Under the pieces are notes generated by a model, which was not told the DNA's origin, did no database searches, and saw only the letters and a list, made by a program, of their open reading frames with translations. This document shows, piece after piece, positions 1 through 11,200 of a stretch of 34,438 nucleotides of DNA. Location of the stretch: NCBI GenBank assembly GCA_050298595.1, contig JBNKUM010000003.1, positions 1-34,438 on the forward strand, in the 5' to 3' direction. How positions within the stretch are numbered: position 1 is the stretch's first letter; every line of letters begins with the position of its first letter. This DNA is from Gammaproteobacteria bacterium. Its GTDB lineage: Bacteria > Pseudomonadota > Gammaproteobacteria > GCA-001735895. The position numbers were made by a program, and so were the translations under genes.

Positions 1-69
1 ACGAATAACGGTAAAAAGCAATATGTTCAGACGCCCAATGGCCGATCTTATATAGAAGAAATTGACTAG
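1..69 (+). CDS. 3' end of an upstream gene, product unknown (partial)
   Basis: Frame 1 is open from base 1 (TNNGKKQYVQTPNGRSYIEEID) to TAG at 67-69, 21 nt before the MFS start. Too short to identify. Confidence 0.4.
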   Translation, partial: TNNGKKQYVQTPNGRSYIEEID

Positions 70-90
70 GGCCAGTAAGCTCTTGTCAGT

Positions 91-1215
91 ATGCAAAAAC
101 GATACTGGCATCTATCGCGTTTTTATTTTTTTTATTTTTCCAGTCTTGGGGCTCTGATACCTTTCTGGACGGTGTATCTGGATAGCCTTGGTTTTTCGGC
201 TCTAGAGATTGGTCAGTTGATGGCAACGCTGGCTATCAGCAAGATCGTTGCTCCTTATCTATGGGGCTGGGTTGCCGATCGGACAGGCTATCATATCCGC
301 ATTGTCCAGTTGACTTCGTTTTTATCTCTGCTCTGTTTTCTGCCGCTGCTCTGGTACGACAGTTTCTGGAGTATTTTATGGTTGAAGATGTTGTTCAGCT
401 TTTTCTGGAATGCTTCCCTCCCTCAGTTTGAAGTCGTGACACTCAGTCAGTTGGGTAATGATAAAGATCGTTATGGTCTGATTCGGCTGTGGGGGTCTCT
501 GGGTTTTATTATGACTGCGGCAGTGTTGGGTGGGCTTTTTCAGACTTTGTCGATCAATTTCCTGCCTTTGATATTACTCATGATATTTTCATTTATCTGG
601 TTATCGACATTACTGGTTAAAGAAAACAGAGCAGTGGTTGAAACTGAGGTAAACATTCTGACTGTGTTAAAAAAGCCGCAGGTGATTGCCTTATTAGTCA
701 GCAGTTTTTTTCTGCAGGCCAGTCATGGTCCGTATTACACCTTTTATTCGCTGTATATGGAGAGCCTGGACTATTCGCGTCTCAGCATTGGGCTGTTGTG
801 GTCATTAGGGGTGGTGGCTGAAGTGATTTTATTTATGTTCATGCCACGTTTACTGAGGGTACGAGCAGCGGCATTCTGGTTGGCAGTCGCTTTTGCTTTA
901 ACCTGTTTGCGTTGGGTGTTGATGGCCTGGTTTTCTGATGTATTGATACTGGTGATACTGACTCAATGTTTGCATGCGGCAAGTTTCGGCCTTTTTCACG
1001 CGAGTTCTATTCATCTTATTCAGCAGTATTTTCCCGACCATCATGGTCGAGGGCAGGCGCTGTATGCTTCGGTAAGTTTCGGTACGGGTGGTGCAATAGG
1101 TAGCTTTTTTGCGGGTAGTTTGTGGGAAAACGTTTCACCACAGATGACCTTTATGATTGCGGCAGTGACCGCATTTATTGGGTTGCTGGTTGCTTTGCGG
1201 GTACAGAAAAAGTGA
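91..1215 (+). CDS. MFS transporter (MFS_1_like / HcaT-like)
   Basis: 374 aa, about 12 hydrophobic segments, MFS motif A-like WGWVADRTG and YGLIRLWGSLGF motif. Confidence 0.88.
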   Translation: MQKRYWHLSRFYFFYFSSLGALIPFWTVYLDSLGFSALEIGQLMATLAISKIVAPYLWGWVADRTGYHIRIVQLTSFLSLLCFLPLLWYDSFWSILWLKMLFSFFWNASLPQFEVVTLSQLGNDKDRYGLIRLWGSLGFIMTAAVLGGLFQTLSINFLPLILLMIFSFIWLSTLLVKENRAVVETEVNILTVLKKPQVIALLVSSFFLQASHGPYYTFYSLYMESLDYSRLSIGLLWSLGVVAEVILFMFMPRLLRVRAAAFWLAVAFALTCLRWVLMAWFSDVLILVILTQCLHAASFGLFHASSIHLIQQYFPDHHGRGQALYASVSFGTGGAIGSFFAGSLWENVSPQMTFMIAAVTAFIGLLVALRVQKK

Positions 1216-1227
1216 TTGATTCTATGC

Positions 1228-1263
1228 ATTGAAACGCAGCAAAGAAGCAAACTCTTTGCTGCG
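1228..1263 (-). terminator. Probable intrinsic terminator between the convergent MFS and DUF2914 genes
   Basis: 11-bp perfect stem CGCAGCAAAGA (1235-1245) / TCTTTGCTGCG (1253-1263), 7-nt loop. The minus-strand tail TTTCAAT is only a short U-tract. Confidence 0.55.
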
Positions 1264-1275
1264 CCAGATGACTCA

Positions 1276-1653
1276 TTACTGATATTCGAAGGTTTGACTG
1301 AGGATTACATTTCTTTCACCGTCAAGAGTATTGACAGTCCAGGTGCCATTCCAGCCAGGTTGCAAGGATTTTCTGGTCCATACTCTCCAGCGTGGCCCAC
1401 CCACATCAAATGATTTCTCAAACATGACGACATCGTTGTACACCCACTGGTGAGTGACTGTTTGTCCCTGTAGCTCGCTGAGTTCTGTGAAATAATTAAT
1501 TTCATTTTTATCGGTAGCGAGTGTTTCTATAAGATCGACCGGTTCACGATCAACAATGCCGCTGGTAAATTGACCACGGCTGACACCGTCTGCCATCAGC
1601 TGTGTGCTGATAAATAAGCTCAATATAAATAGGCTGCTAATGATTTTTTTCAT
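1276..1653 (-). CDS. Exported DUF2914-like beta-sandwich protein
   Basis: Start reassigned to ATG 1653 (MKKIISSLF..., signal peptide; AAGGA SD upstream). Motifs REPVD, YFTEL, VTHQW and GPRWRVWTRK are typical of DUF2914. Confidence 0.75.
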   Translation of the reverse strand: MKKIISSLFILSLFISTQLMADGVSRGQFTSGIVDREPVDLIETLATDKNEINYFTELSELQGQTVTHQWVYNDVVMFEKSFDVGGPRWRVWTRKSLQPGWNGTWTVNTLDGERNVILSQTFEYQ

Positions 1654-1757
1654 GATGATCCTTTCCTGTTGACTATTGACGGGCATAAATATAGCAAGAT
1701 TTCCAGGGAATGCCACGCTACTTAAAGAATGCTGGGTAATAAAAGTGGAGCAGGTGG

Positions 1758-2630
1758 TTATCCTGCAAACTGCTGAATGGTTTCTAGCATGACATCTACT
1801 GCGCGCGAGTGACTACGCCTTGGATTGATCACAATGCCAAGCTGACGACTACAGTTGAACCTGGCTATATCCAGTGCGACAAGGCTGTGATCGATCATAC
1901 TCATGGGCAGGATGCTCCAGCCCAGACCGACCGAAACCATCATTTTGATAGTCTCCAGATAGTTGGTTTCCAGGCTTATTTTGAGATCATCTTTAAAAGG
2001 GGCAAGTGCGCCTTCTATAGCTTCGCGAGTAAAGGTGCCATGCGAAGGCAGTATCGCCGTATGCTGGATTAGCATTTCAAGCGTGGGTTTATCGATCTGG
2101 GTCAGGGGGTGATTGCTAGCGCAGACAATTTTTAATTCGTCTAGCCATACACTCTGGTAATCCAGTATCGCCGATGTGACGAAGGGCAGGGTCACTACGG
2201 CCAGGTCCATCTGGTTATGTTCAATCAGGCTGCAGGCCTGTTCTGAATCCATAAAGTGCAGATCTAGATCAACCTCAGGGTATTCGGCAGAATAGGCACG
2301 CAGCACCGGAGGCAGACGATGCAGACCAATGTGGTGACTGGTTGCCATACTCAGCGAACCCATAGGGCTGCCTTCCATGTCGGCTATCTGTTGACGCATC
2401 GATTGCAGGTCTAGCATGATCTGACGGGCCCTGGGCAGTAGCAATTCTCCAGTACGTGTCAGGCTGAGCTGTTTGCCGATGCGATCAATAAGGTGAGTAC
2501 CTAGTTGTTCTTCCAGCTGTTTAATGCGTTTGCTGATGGCGGGCTGAGTTAAAAATAACTGTTCAGCAGCCAGTGAAAACGAACGGGTTTCTGCAACCTT
2601 GATAAAGGCCTGAAGGTTGGCGGTATCCAT
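1758..2630 (-). CDS. LysR-family transcriptional regulator, divergent from leuC
   Basis: N-terminal HTH (SFSLAAEQLFLTQPAISKRIKQLE), 290 aa, LysR substrate-binding domain. Confidence 0.95.
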   Translation of the reverse strand: MDTANLQAFIKVAETRSFSLAAEQLFLTQPAISKRIKQLEEQLGTHLIDRIGKQLSLTRTGELLLPRARQIMLDLQSMRQQIADMEGSPMGSLSMATSHHIGLHRLPPVLRAYSAEYPEVDLDLHFMDSEQACSLIEHNQMDLAVVTLPFVTSAILDYQSVWLDELKIVCASNHPLTQIDKPTLEMLIQHTAILPSHGTFTREAIEGALAPFKDDLKISLETNYLETIKMMVSVGLGWSILPMSMIDHSLVALDIARFNCSRQLGIVINPRRSHSRAVDVMLETIQQFAG

Positions 2631-2637
2631 GACTTAT

Positions 2638-2703
2638 ATTCCAATTAGTTATGATAGATATGAAAATTATGAATTAGAGTTATTCTTTAATCAAGGTTAG
2701 ACT
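2638..2703. promoter_or_regulatory. Divergent lysR/leuC control region with LysR T-N11-A boxes and a candidate -10
   Basis: ATTCCAATTAGTTAT (2638-2652), ATGAAAATTATGAAT (2660-2674) and ATGAATTAGAGTTAT (2669-2683) all fit T-N11-A. TAGACT at 2698-2703 is a candidate -10 for leuC. Confidence 0.55.
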
Positions 2704-2733
2704 CAGCAACAGTTAACAATCAAGGTGAATGCG

Positions 2734-4146
2734 ATGGCAGCTTTAACGCTTTATGACAAGGTTTGGAACCGACACATAGTCAAGCAGGAAGAGAATGGTA
2801 CAGCTTTGCTGTATATCGATCGTCATCTGGTGCATGAGGTTACCTCGCCTCAGGCATTTGAGGGCTTAGTCATCAACAATCGTCCGCTATGGCGCAAGGA
2901 GTCGATTCTGGCGGTGCCTGATCACAATGTGCCTACCGATAAGGTTGAACGCAGTCAGGCGATTGCTGACCCGGTGGCCCGTTTACAGGTAGATACGCTG
3001 GACCAGAACTGTGCGAATTTTGATCTCAATGAATTCAAGATGGACGATATACGTCAGGGTGTAGTGCATGTTATCGGACCAGAACAGGGTGCTACCTTAC
3101 CCGGTATGACCGTTGTATGTGGTGATTCGCATACTGCTACACATGGTGCATTCGGCGCATTAGCCTTTGGTATAGGTACCTCTGAGGTTGAGCATGTGAT
3201 GGCTACCCAGTGCCTGATTCAGAAAAAATCAAAGAATATGCGTATTACTATTAAAGGCGCGGTTGGTAAGGGCGTTACCGCCAAGGATATTGTGCTTGCG
3301 ATTATCGGCCGGATTGGCACTGCGGGTGGAACGGGCTATACGATTGAGTTTGCCGGTGAAGCGATCACTAATCTGTCGATGGAAGGTCGTATGACTGTGT
3401 GCAATATGGCCATCGAAGGCGGTGCCAGAGCAGGTATGATCGCCTGTGATCAAACCACCATAGATTATGTGCAGGGACGCCCTTTTTCCCCCACTGGTGA
3501 GCAATGGGATCAGGCAGTGAGCTACTGGAATATGCTACATTCAGATGCTGATGCAGTGTTTGATCGCGAAATTGTCATCGAAGCAGCCAGTATTCAGCCG
3601 CAGGTCACCTGGGGAACGTCCCCTGAAATGGTCATCGCGGTGAATGAAATGGTTCCTGATCCCTCTACTGAAATGGATGAAGTGAAATCCAGCGGGATGA
3701 AAAGTGCACTGAAATACATGGGACTGAATGCGAATGAGGCCATCAACCAGGTTTCAGTGGACAAGGTGTTTATCGGTTCCTGCACCAATTCTCGTATCGA
3801 AGATTTGCGAGCTGCGGCAGATATCGCAAAAGGTCGCAAAGTGGCGGATAATGTCAAACTGGCATTGGTTGTTCCGGGGAGTGGACTGGTCAAGGCGCAG
3901 GCCGAGCAGGAAGGGCTGGACAGGATATTTGTCGAAGCCGGTTTCGAATGGCGTGAGCCTGGCTGTTCCATGTGCCTGGCAATGAATGCAGATCGACTGG
4001 AACCGGGTGAGCGTTGTGCCTCGACTTCCAATCGTAACTTTGAAGGTCGTCAGGGGCAGGGTGGGCGTACCCATCTGGTGTCCCCGGCGATGGCTGCGGC
4101 TGCTGCGGTATTCGGTCACTTCACCGATGTGCGGGAGCTGAATTAA
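2734..4146 (+). CDS. leuC: 3-isopropylmalate dehydratase large subunit
   Basis: [30 protein letters not shown] Fe-S motifs and [15 protein letters not shown] 2734 preferred (AAGGTG SD); GTG 2725 is an alternative. Confidence 0.98.
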   Translation: MAALTLYDKVWNRHIVKQEENGTALLYIDRHLVHEVTSPQAFEGLVINNRPLWRKESILAVPDHNVPTDKVERSQAIADPVARLQVDTLDQNCANFDLNEFKMDDIRQGVVHVIGPEQGATLPGMTVVCGDSHTATHGAFGALAFGIGTSEVEHVMATQCLIQKKSKNMRITIKGAVGKGVTAKDIVLAIIGRIGTAGGTGYTIEFAGEAITNLSMEGRMTVCNMAIEGGARAGMIACDQTTIDYVQGRPFSPTGEQWDQAVSYWNMLHSDADAVFDREIVIEAASIQPQVTWGTSPEMVIAVNEMVPDPSTEMDEVKSSGMKSALKYMGLNANEAINQVSVDKVFIGSCTNSRIEDLRAAADIAKGRKVADNVKLALVVPGSGLVKAQAEQEGLDRIFVEAGFEWREPGCSMCLAMNADRLEPGERCASTSNRNFEGRQGQGGRTHLVSPAMAAAAAVFGHFTDVRELN

Positions 4147-4172
4147 TCCTATTATAAGTATTGAGGTGCTGA

Positions 4173-4301
4173 ATGAAAAAAATTGCAATTGTATGTGTGC
4201 TGGGTTTGATGTTTTCACTGGCGGGTTGCGAGACCATGAAGGGTTTGGGTCAGGATGTTCAGAAAGCGGGCAAGGCGCTGGAAAAAAAGGCCAGCGAATA
4301 A
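4173..4301 (+). CDS. Entericidin A/B family lipoprotein (42 aa, not in the ORF track)
   Basis: MKKIAIVCVLGLMFSLAGCETMKGLGQDVQKAGKALEKKASE. Lipobox LAGC followed by the entericidin pattern C-x-T-x-x-G-x-G-x-D-(V/I)-x-x-x-G. GAGGTG SD at 4163-4168. Confidence 0.9.
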   Translation: MKKIAIVCVLGLMFSLAGCETMKGLGQDVQKAGKALEKKASE

Positions 4302-4337
4302 TTTATTTATGCTGTTCCAACGAGCGCGGAGATAAAA

Positions 4338-4973
4338 GTGGAAAAGTTTGAAAAATTTACCGGGATTGTGGCACCTATAGATCGACCCAATGTCGATACC
4401 GATGCCATCATTCCCAAGCAATATTTGAAGTCGATAAAACGTACCGGTTTTGGTCCGAACCTGTTTGATGACTGGCGCTATCTGGATCCGGGTACACCGG
4501 GTATGGATTATCGGGAACGTCGTGTCAATCCTGATTTTGTGCTGAATAAGACGCCTTACAAATATGCTCAGATATTGCTAGCCAGAGAAAATTTTGGCTG
4601 CGGATCTTCACGTGAGCATGCGGTATGGGCTTTAACTGATTTTGGTTTCAAGGTCGTTATCGCGCCGAGCTTTGCCGATATCTTTTTTAATAATAGTTTT
4701 AAAAGTGGCCTGTTACCTATCGTGTTAAGCCCTGCGATTGTGGATCAGCTGTTTAATGAGTTAAATGAAAAAGAAGACTACCAGCTATCGGTTGACCTTG
4801 AACAGCAAGTCGTAAGTAATTCTGCTGGTGTGCAGATATCCTTTGAGGTTGATGAGTTTCGTAAGTTTTGTTTATTGAATGGGCTTGATGACATTGGCTT
4901 GACCTTACAAAACGCGGATGCGATAAAAGCTTTTGAAGAAAAGTATTATCAGCAATCACCCTGGCTGAAGTAA
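4338..4973 (+). CDS. leuD: 3-isopropylmalate dehydratase small subunit
   Basis: [24 protein letters not shown] and SFADIFFNN motifs. GTG start with GGAG SD. Confidence 0.98.
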   Translation: MEKFEKFTGIVAPIDRPNVDTDAIIPKQYLKSIKRTGFGPNLFDDWRYLDPGTPGMDYRERRVNPDFVLNKTPYKYAQILLARENFGCGSSREHAVWALTDFGFKVVIAPSFADIFFNNSFKSGLLPIVLSPAIVDQLFNELNEKEDYQLSVDLEQQVVSNSAGVQISFEVDEFRKFCLLNGLDDIGLTLQNADAIKAFEEKYYQQSPWLK

Positions 4974-4987
4974 ATACAGGAATTTAA

Positions 4988-6079
4988 ATGACAGCAAAAA
5001 TAGCAATTTTACCCGGTGATGGCATCGGCCCTGAAATCGTCAATGAAGCGGTAAAGGTGCTCGAGTGCCTGAGGCGGTATCATGGCCTGTCGGTTGAGAT
5101 GGAAAGTGCTGCTGTTGGTGGTGCTGGTTACGATGAATCTGGATCTCCGTTACCCGAAAAAACTTTGGCACTTTGTAAGGCCTCTGATGCTATTTTACTG
5201 GGAGCAGTGGGTGGGCCGCAGTATGAATCTCTGGAAAGGGATTTGAGACCAGAAAAAGGCCTGTTGAGCCTGCGCTCGAAGCTGGGTTTGTTTTCAAATT
5301 TACGTCCAGCAATCCTCTATCCGCAACTGGCGAGTGCCTCCAGTCTTAAGCCTGAAATTGTTTCTGGGCTGGACATTCTGATTGTGCGTGAATTAACTGG
5401 CGGTATATATTTCGGCCAACCGCGAGGTATTCGCACTTTAGACAATGGAGAGCGTGAAGGCTATAACACACTGGTTTATGCTGAGCATGAAATTGAACGT
5501 ATCGCGCGTTCGGCTTTTGATGTAGCGATGAAGCGTAATAAAAAGGTATGTTCAGTAGATAAAGCCAATGTGCTTGAGGTTTCTGAACTGTGGCGTGAAG
5601 TCATGCTGCGAGTAGTGAAAGAGTATCCAGAGATTGAGCTTTCTCATATGTATGTTGATAATGCATCCATGCAGCTGGTGAGGTGGCCCAAGCAGTTTGA
5701 TGTGATGGTTACCGGCAATATGTTCGGTGATATTCTTTCCGATACTGCCGCTATGTTAACGGGCTCTATCGGCATGTTACCATCTGCTTCGCTGGATAAA
5801 GATGGAAAAGGTATGTATGAGCCCATTCATGGATCTGCCCCAGATATTGCTGGAACCAACACCGCGAATCCTTTAGCAACCATTTTATCTGTTGCTATGA
5901 TGTTACGTTACAGCCTGAATAATCCTGAACTTGCCGACCATGTTGATCAGGCCGTGGGTGTTGTACTAGATAAAGGTATCCGTACTCGGGATATTGCAGA
6001 TGGTGGATCTTATGTCAGCACCAGTGAAATGGGTGATGCTGTCGTTAATGCTTTACAGAAATTAAGGGTAAAAAAATGA
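4988..6079 (+). CDS. leuB: 3-isopropylmalate dehydrogenase
   Basis: [19 protein letters not shown] and [12 protein letters not shown] motifs. Confidence 0.98.
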   Translation: MTAKIAILPGDGIGPEIVNEAVKVLECLRRYHGLSVEMESAAVGGAGYDESGSPLPEKTLALCKASDAILLGAVGGPQYESLERDLRPEKGLLSLRSKLGLFSNLRPAILYPQLASASSLKPEIVSGLDILIVRELTGGIYFGQPRGIRTLDNGEREGYNTLVYAEHEIERIARSAFDVAMKRNKKVCSVDKANVLEVSELWREVMLRVVKEYPEIELSHMYVDNASMQLVRWPKQFDVMVTGNMFGDILSDTAAMLTGSIGMLPSASLDKDGKGMYEPIHGSAPDIAGTNTANPLATILSVAMMLRYSLNNPELADHVDQAVGVVLDKGIRTRDIADGGSYVSTSEMGDAVVNALQKLRVKK

Positions 6080-7191
6080 ATAGAGTTGGTTTTATTGGTT
6101 GGCGCGGAATGGTGGGTTCCGTTTTGATGCAACGTATGCGGGAAGAAAATGATTTTGCGAACATCGCTGAACCTGTCTTCTTTACGACCTCACAGGTAGG
6201 TCAGCCTGGCCCTGATATCGGCAAGGAAACTCCACCGTTAATGGATGCTAACGACATTGAATCGCTAAAATCAATGGATGTTATTGTCACCTGTCAGGGT
6301 GGGGATTACACCAGGCAGGTTTTTGATGATCTGCGTGCCAGTGGCTGGCAGGGATACTGGATTGATGCGGCTTCGGCATTACGCATGAAAGATCATGCTG
6401 TCATCATTCTGGATCCGGTTAACCGCGATGTGATTGATGCAGCACTGGATGCGGGTAAAAAAGATTTTATCGGAGGCAACTGTACAGTGAGCCTGATGAT
6501 GCTGGCTTTAGGCGGCTTACTGCAAAATGACCAGGTCGAGTGGATTAGTGCGATGACTTATCAGGCAGCTTCAGGAGCCGGTGCACGTAATATGCGTGAG
6601 CTGATTAGTCAGATGGGTAGTATCGAAAATTCAGTACACGATTTATTGCTGGACCCTTCTTCTTCAATCCTGGATATTGATCGTCAGGTTGCTGAGCACA
6701 TCCGTTCTGCAGAATATCCGACAGATCAGTTTGGAGTGCCATTAGCGGGTAGCCTGATCCCCTGGATAGATGTGCAACTGGAAAATGGTCAGAGCAAGGA
6801 AGAATGGAAAGGTGGTGTAGAAACCAACAAAATCCTGGGACGTTCAGATAATTTGATACCTATCGATGGATTATGTGTAAGAATAGGGTCAATGCGTTGC
6901 CACTCTCAGGCATTAACGATCAAGTTAAAGCAAAACCTGCCGATGGATGAAATTTACGACATGCTGGCAAAAGCCAATGACTGGGTTAAGGTATTGCCCA
7001 ATGATCGGACTATCAGTATGCAACAGTTATCGCCAGCAGTAGTAACTGGCTCACTGGATATCCCAGTAGGACGATTACGCAAAATGGCAATGGGTGATGA
7101 ATACCTGTCTGCTTTTACGGTTGGCGATCAATTATTATGGGGAGCGGCAGAACCGCTACGAAGAATGCTAAATATTATACTAAACAGATGA
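6076..7191 (+). CDS. asd: Aspartate-semialdehyde dehydrogenase
   Basis: [10 protein letters not shown] nucleotide-binding loop, GGNCTVS catalytic Cys, [16 protein letters not shown]-like overlap with leuB. Confidence 0.98.
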   Translation: MNRVGFIGWRGMVGSVLMQRMREENDFANIAEPVFFTTSQVGQPGPDIGKETPPLMDANDIESLKSMDVIVTCQGGDYTRQVFDDLRASGWQGYWIDAASALRMKDHAVIILDPVNRDVIDAALDAGKKDFIGGNCTVSLMMLALGGLLQNDQVEWISAMTYQAASGAGARNMRELISQMGSIENSVHDLLLDPSSSILDIDRQVAEHIRSAEYPTDQFGVPLAGSLIPWIDVQLENGQSKEEWKGGVETNKILGRSDNLIPIDGLCVRIGSMRCHSQALTIKLKQNLPMDEIYDMLAKANDWVKVLPNDRTISMQQLSPAVVTGSLDIPVGRLRKMAMGDEYLSAFTVGDQLLWGAAEPLRRMLNIILNR

Positions 7192-8126
7192 CTCAACCAC
7201 TTATTGCAATAACCCATGCCAGCTCGCTGCTGGCAGAGGTTTTAATTCAGCAAATGGCAGAATCCGGCATCAAGTCGGATTCTGTCGTTTTACTCGATAC
7301 TAATGAAGAGGCCGGTAGCCGACTGGCCTACGCGGATACCTATCTAACCGTGGGTGATCAATATGAATATGATTACGAAGACTTAACTGCGGTTTTACTG
7401 CTTCAGGCGGATGCTGAGCTTGAAAGTCTGTTACAGCATTGCGATAGCTATGTTATTAGTCATCATCTGGATCAGAATCGTACAGGATTATTTCTTTCCG
7501 GTGATGACCTCCCCGCAAAGCCAGCCATGATCAAATTACTCTGTCCCGAAGTGGCTACTTTGATGATGGTGATTAATCCTCTTATGCGGACTACAGCAAT
7601 TAAATCGCTGCAAACAGTGAATGTCCTGTCCGCAGCCCTGTACGGAAAGCCCGGTATTGAACAGCTTGCAACACAGACGATTAACCTGTTAAACAGTAGA
7701 GAAGCAGAAAATAGTTTGTTTCCTTTGCAGCTTGCTTTTAATATGCTGCCCGCTGTATCAAATACCGAGCTGGAATATCAGTTAGCTACAGCAATGGGTA
7801 GTGATACTCGGTGTTCAATAAATAATATACTGGTACCAGCAATGCATGGAATGGCGTTATCTGTGTCTGTAGAGCTGGTTGAAGAGTTAACCTCTGAAGA
7901 GCTGGGTGAAAGATTTAGCGCTATTGAGGGCGTGGAGTTGACTGATCAGCCGGTGAGTCCTTTAACACATTGCCAGATTGGTACAGATATTGTGATATTC
8001 GATCTGCATCAGCCACTAAATGATGCTAAAAGACTACATTTCTGGATAATTGCCGATTCAGTTAGAAATGGATTGGTGCAGAATTACCTGAATATATTGG
8101 AAGTTTTGCTAAAATCTTTTTTATAA
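7188..8126 (+). CDS. usg: Degenerate Asd-family (Usg-like) protein
   Basis: QLAFNMLP and [11 protein letters not shown] match Usg/Asd2 C-terminal motifs; position between asd and fimV/truA. Start reassigned to ATG 7188 (ATGA overlap with the asd stop). Confidence 0.75.
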   Translation: MTQPLIAITHASSLLAEVLIQQMAESGIKSDSVVLLDTNEEAGSRLAYADTYLTVGDQYEYDYEDLTAVLLLQADAELESLLQHCDSYVISHHLDQNRTGLFLSGDDLPAKPAMIKLLCPEVATLMMVINPLMRTTAIKSLQTVNVLSAALYGKPGIEQLATQTINLLNSREAENSLFPLQLAFNMLPAVSNTELEYQLATAMGSDTRCSINNILVPAMHGMALSVSVELVEELTSEELGERFSAIEGVELTDQPVSPLTHCQIGTDIVIFDLHQPLNDAKRLHFWIIADSVRNGLVQNYLNILEVLLKSFL

Positions 8127-8249
8127 TCTATAGTTACAACTACTTGTGAAAGTGTTTTCTTTAAAGTAAATTCTCTGACTTAATAGACAGATTACTGTTC
8201 ATACTGGGCTTTTTTATAAAAATTCGTTAGGGAGTTTGGGAGACTAAAC

Positions 8250-11200
8250 GTGCGTAAATCGGTAATAATATCATCACTTTGGACAGCTTTACTGTGTTTT
8301 CCGCTCAGTAGCTTTGCCCTGGGCCTTGGTGAAATCGAAGTCAATTCGTTTTTAAATCAACCGCTTAAGGCTGGAATAGAAGTGGTGGCTGCGCGACCGG
8401 GAGAGATTGACGATCTACTGGTTAGCCTGGCTAGTCGTGATGCTTTTCGTAAAGCTGGTCTTGAACGTTCAGCCGACTTATCGAAACTGCGCTTTAAAAT
8501 CGAAAAATCTGAAGATGGTCAGAGTGCAAAAATTCTGATCACAACAAGGTCAGCAATAAAAGAGCCATTTCTAAACTTTCTGGTTGAAGCAGATTGGGCT
8601 AAAGGACGCTTACTTAGAGAATATACGGTCCTGTTAGATCCTCCGCATTTTGCTCAGCAGGCACAACAGGTTGCTCCCAGGCTTACCAGTGAGTCTACTG
8701 CTAAATCGCAACCAGTCCCACCAGCTCAGTCCAGGTCTCAGCAGATGGATAGTATGGCAATGGAAGCTGAAGTTGAAGCCGAGGCGCAACCACAACCTAT
8801 CGCTTTAACCGAAAAAACTGCTCAACCAATAGCTGAGGAAGCACCTGGTACTGATTACACTCCTCAAACAACTTATACAGAAAGTGCTCCAGTCGAAAAT
8901 GAAATCATCGTAACTCGCGGAGATACACTGTGGGGTATTTCTTCACGTCTGAAGGATGATGAGCACAGTATGGCGCAGGTGATGTTGGCTATTCAGGCTG
9001 CTAATCCTGATGCTTTCGCGATGGATAATATAAATAATTTAAAAGTCGGAGCTGTAATACGCACTCCGGATAGTGCTTCGTTTGATGACTTGAGTAAGCA
9101 ACAGGCTTACGTTCAGGTGCTTGAACAAAATGGATTGTGGGATGATTACGTTGCCAGAAAAACAGGGACTGCTACGGCTGGTAGTCCAATGGCTGATACT
9201 TCCGTTTCATCTGTGCCAACTCAAACTGAATCTGGACAATTAAGTTTACTCGCACCGGGTGATAAAGATTCTACAACAGCCAGTATGACATCAGACGATT
9301 CTGCTGATGTGAATCAAGTTCGTAAACAGCTGGCACTGGCTGAGGAAGAGCTGGAAGCATCACGTCTGGAAAATCAGGATTTAAAATCTCGCGTAACCGA
9401 TCTGGAAAACCAGCTAAAGAAGGTTGAAGAACTGCAAAACATAGTACAGATCACTGATGATAGCATGGCCCAGTTACAGCAACAGGCCGCTGAGCAGGAT
9501 ACTACTGAGGTGCCAACACCTGCTACTGAAGAAAGTAGCAGCATGATTGAAGAACAACCCAGCGATGTAATGATCGATGCTGCAGAGAAAATAGCTGCAG
9601 AAGAAGCCGGACAGCCTGCCGATATGATAGAAGAGGAAGCCGCATCAGAAGAGGTTACTGATTCTATGGCCCAGCCTACTGAAGCTGAAACCGTAATACC
9701 AACGCTCCCTGAGCAGGATATGCAGCAGGCGGATGGTATGAAGGCTGATGAAGCAACTGACACACAACCCCAAACTGAGACTGTTCCTGCACCTGTCATA
9801 GTGACCGAACCTCAGGAAGGTGTTTTGGATGCAATTCCATCAGTTGGCAGCCTTTTAGGCGACCCCGTCGTCCTGGGCGGTATTGCTGCAATAGTGTTAA
9901 TGCTATTAGGTCTGTTATTTGTGCGGCGCCGCAAATCTGCTGAAGCAGATCAGGGCATAATTGTTGAGGAACCCGAAGATTTTCTGGAAGATGATGATGC
10001 CACACCGATTCATATGCCTGCAGCCTATGAAGTTGAAGAGCCTAAGGTATCTGACGAAGAGGAAGGGTTAGTCGATACGGCATCTATGTTCATTCAGCCT
10101 TCAGAAGAAGCTGAAGATGAGTTCACTAAAACTGCAAAAATTTCGCAAGCAGAAGCGCAGCAAACAGAAAAAGAATTTGCGGGTATAGAAGCAGAGCAGG
10201 ATGACGTGCTGAATGAGGTTGACGTATACCTCGCCTACGGTCTTTATGAAAATGCCGAAGATTTACTAAAAGAAAGTCTGGAAAATGCTCCTGATCGTGC
10301 AGATTATCGTGCCAAATTACTGGATACCTTCTTTGCAACCAAAAACAAAGATCAGTTCATTAAGGAAGCTGAAGCTCTCAAATCTCTGGGTGGGGCTGCT
10401 GATCGTTTCTGGAACCGTGTTCAGATCATGGGCTATGAACTGGCTCCAGAAAATGATTTATTTGCTGGTGCACAGGATAGCGATCTGTCGGTCGCTGACC
10501 TTGAATTTTCAAAACCAGAAGCAGCAGACTTTGATATTGGTGCTGATGACGATGTTACCGATTATTCAAATACAGATTTTGATTTAAGCGTTGATACTGA
10601 AAATTTTGATAAAATAGATTCAACTGCTGTAAAACCGGAAGCTGATGAGTTCTCTGAAACGAAGGTAGATAACGAGCTAGATCTACCTGAGCTGGAAACT
10701 GAAGACGAAGAGTTGCCTGATGAGATTGGTGATTTTGATCTTGATTTAGGTGAAGATGAAGTATCAGTATCAGAAACCGAAGATGATGATGCGTTAAGCT
10801 TCGACTTACCTGATGATCTTGATCTGTCTACAGGCTTCGAGGATATGGCTGAAGATGCTGATATTCTCGAGTTGGACGATACAGTTGAAGCTCCTGATCT
10901 GGATGAGCTGCCAGAGATTGATTCCGGCGATGACGTTGAGGTGGAGTTAGAAGAAATCGACGCACCGGGTAAACTCAATAAGACAGATGAGATCAATTTA
11001 GCTGACATAGTTTTGGATGAACCTGAAGATACTTCCCAAACTGTGGTTATGAGTTCAGGTGATTTTAAAACTGAGGGTGAAGAATTTGATTCAGATTTAG
11101 ACTTAGCTGAAAATGAAGATACAGAAGGGACTCAGCAAATTGAATCGGCTCTGGATCTGGACATGTCAGATATCAATTCTGCAGATCTTCAGACTGGTAG

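Noticed and set aside
1216-1413. 65-aa + strand ORF after the MFS gene
   Set aside because: It runs through the terminator hairpin and antisense to the DUF2914 gene, with no recognisable features.
4166-4351. 61-aa track ORF with CxCxC between leuC and leuD
   Set aside because: It is an alternative frame of the entericidin-like gene, which has the properly spaced SD, lipobox and family signature.
7137-7187. N-terminal extension of usg given in the ORF track
   Set aside because: It overlaps asd by more than 50 nt. ATG 7188 gives a standard ATGA coupling and a family-like N-terminus.
8140-8165. Possible CRP/Vfr site (TGTGA) upstream of fimV
   Set aside because: The second half-site (TTTCT) does not resemble TCACA; too weak to call.
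9374-11008. Long Ser-rich antisense ORFs (9374-9799, 10562-11008)
   Set aside because: They are shadows of the GAA/GAT-rich fimV codons. The same applies to the antisense ORFs within leuC, metZ, clpX and lon.
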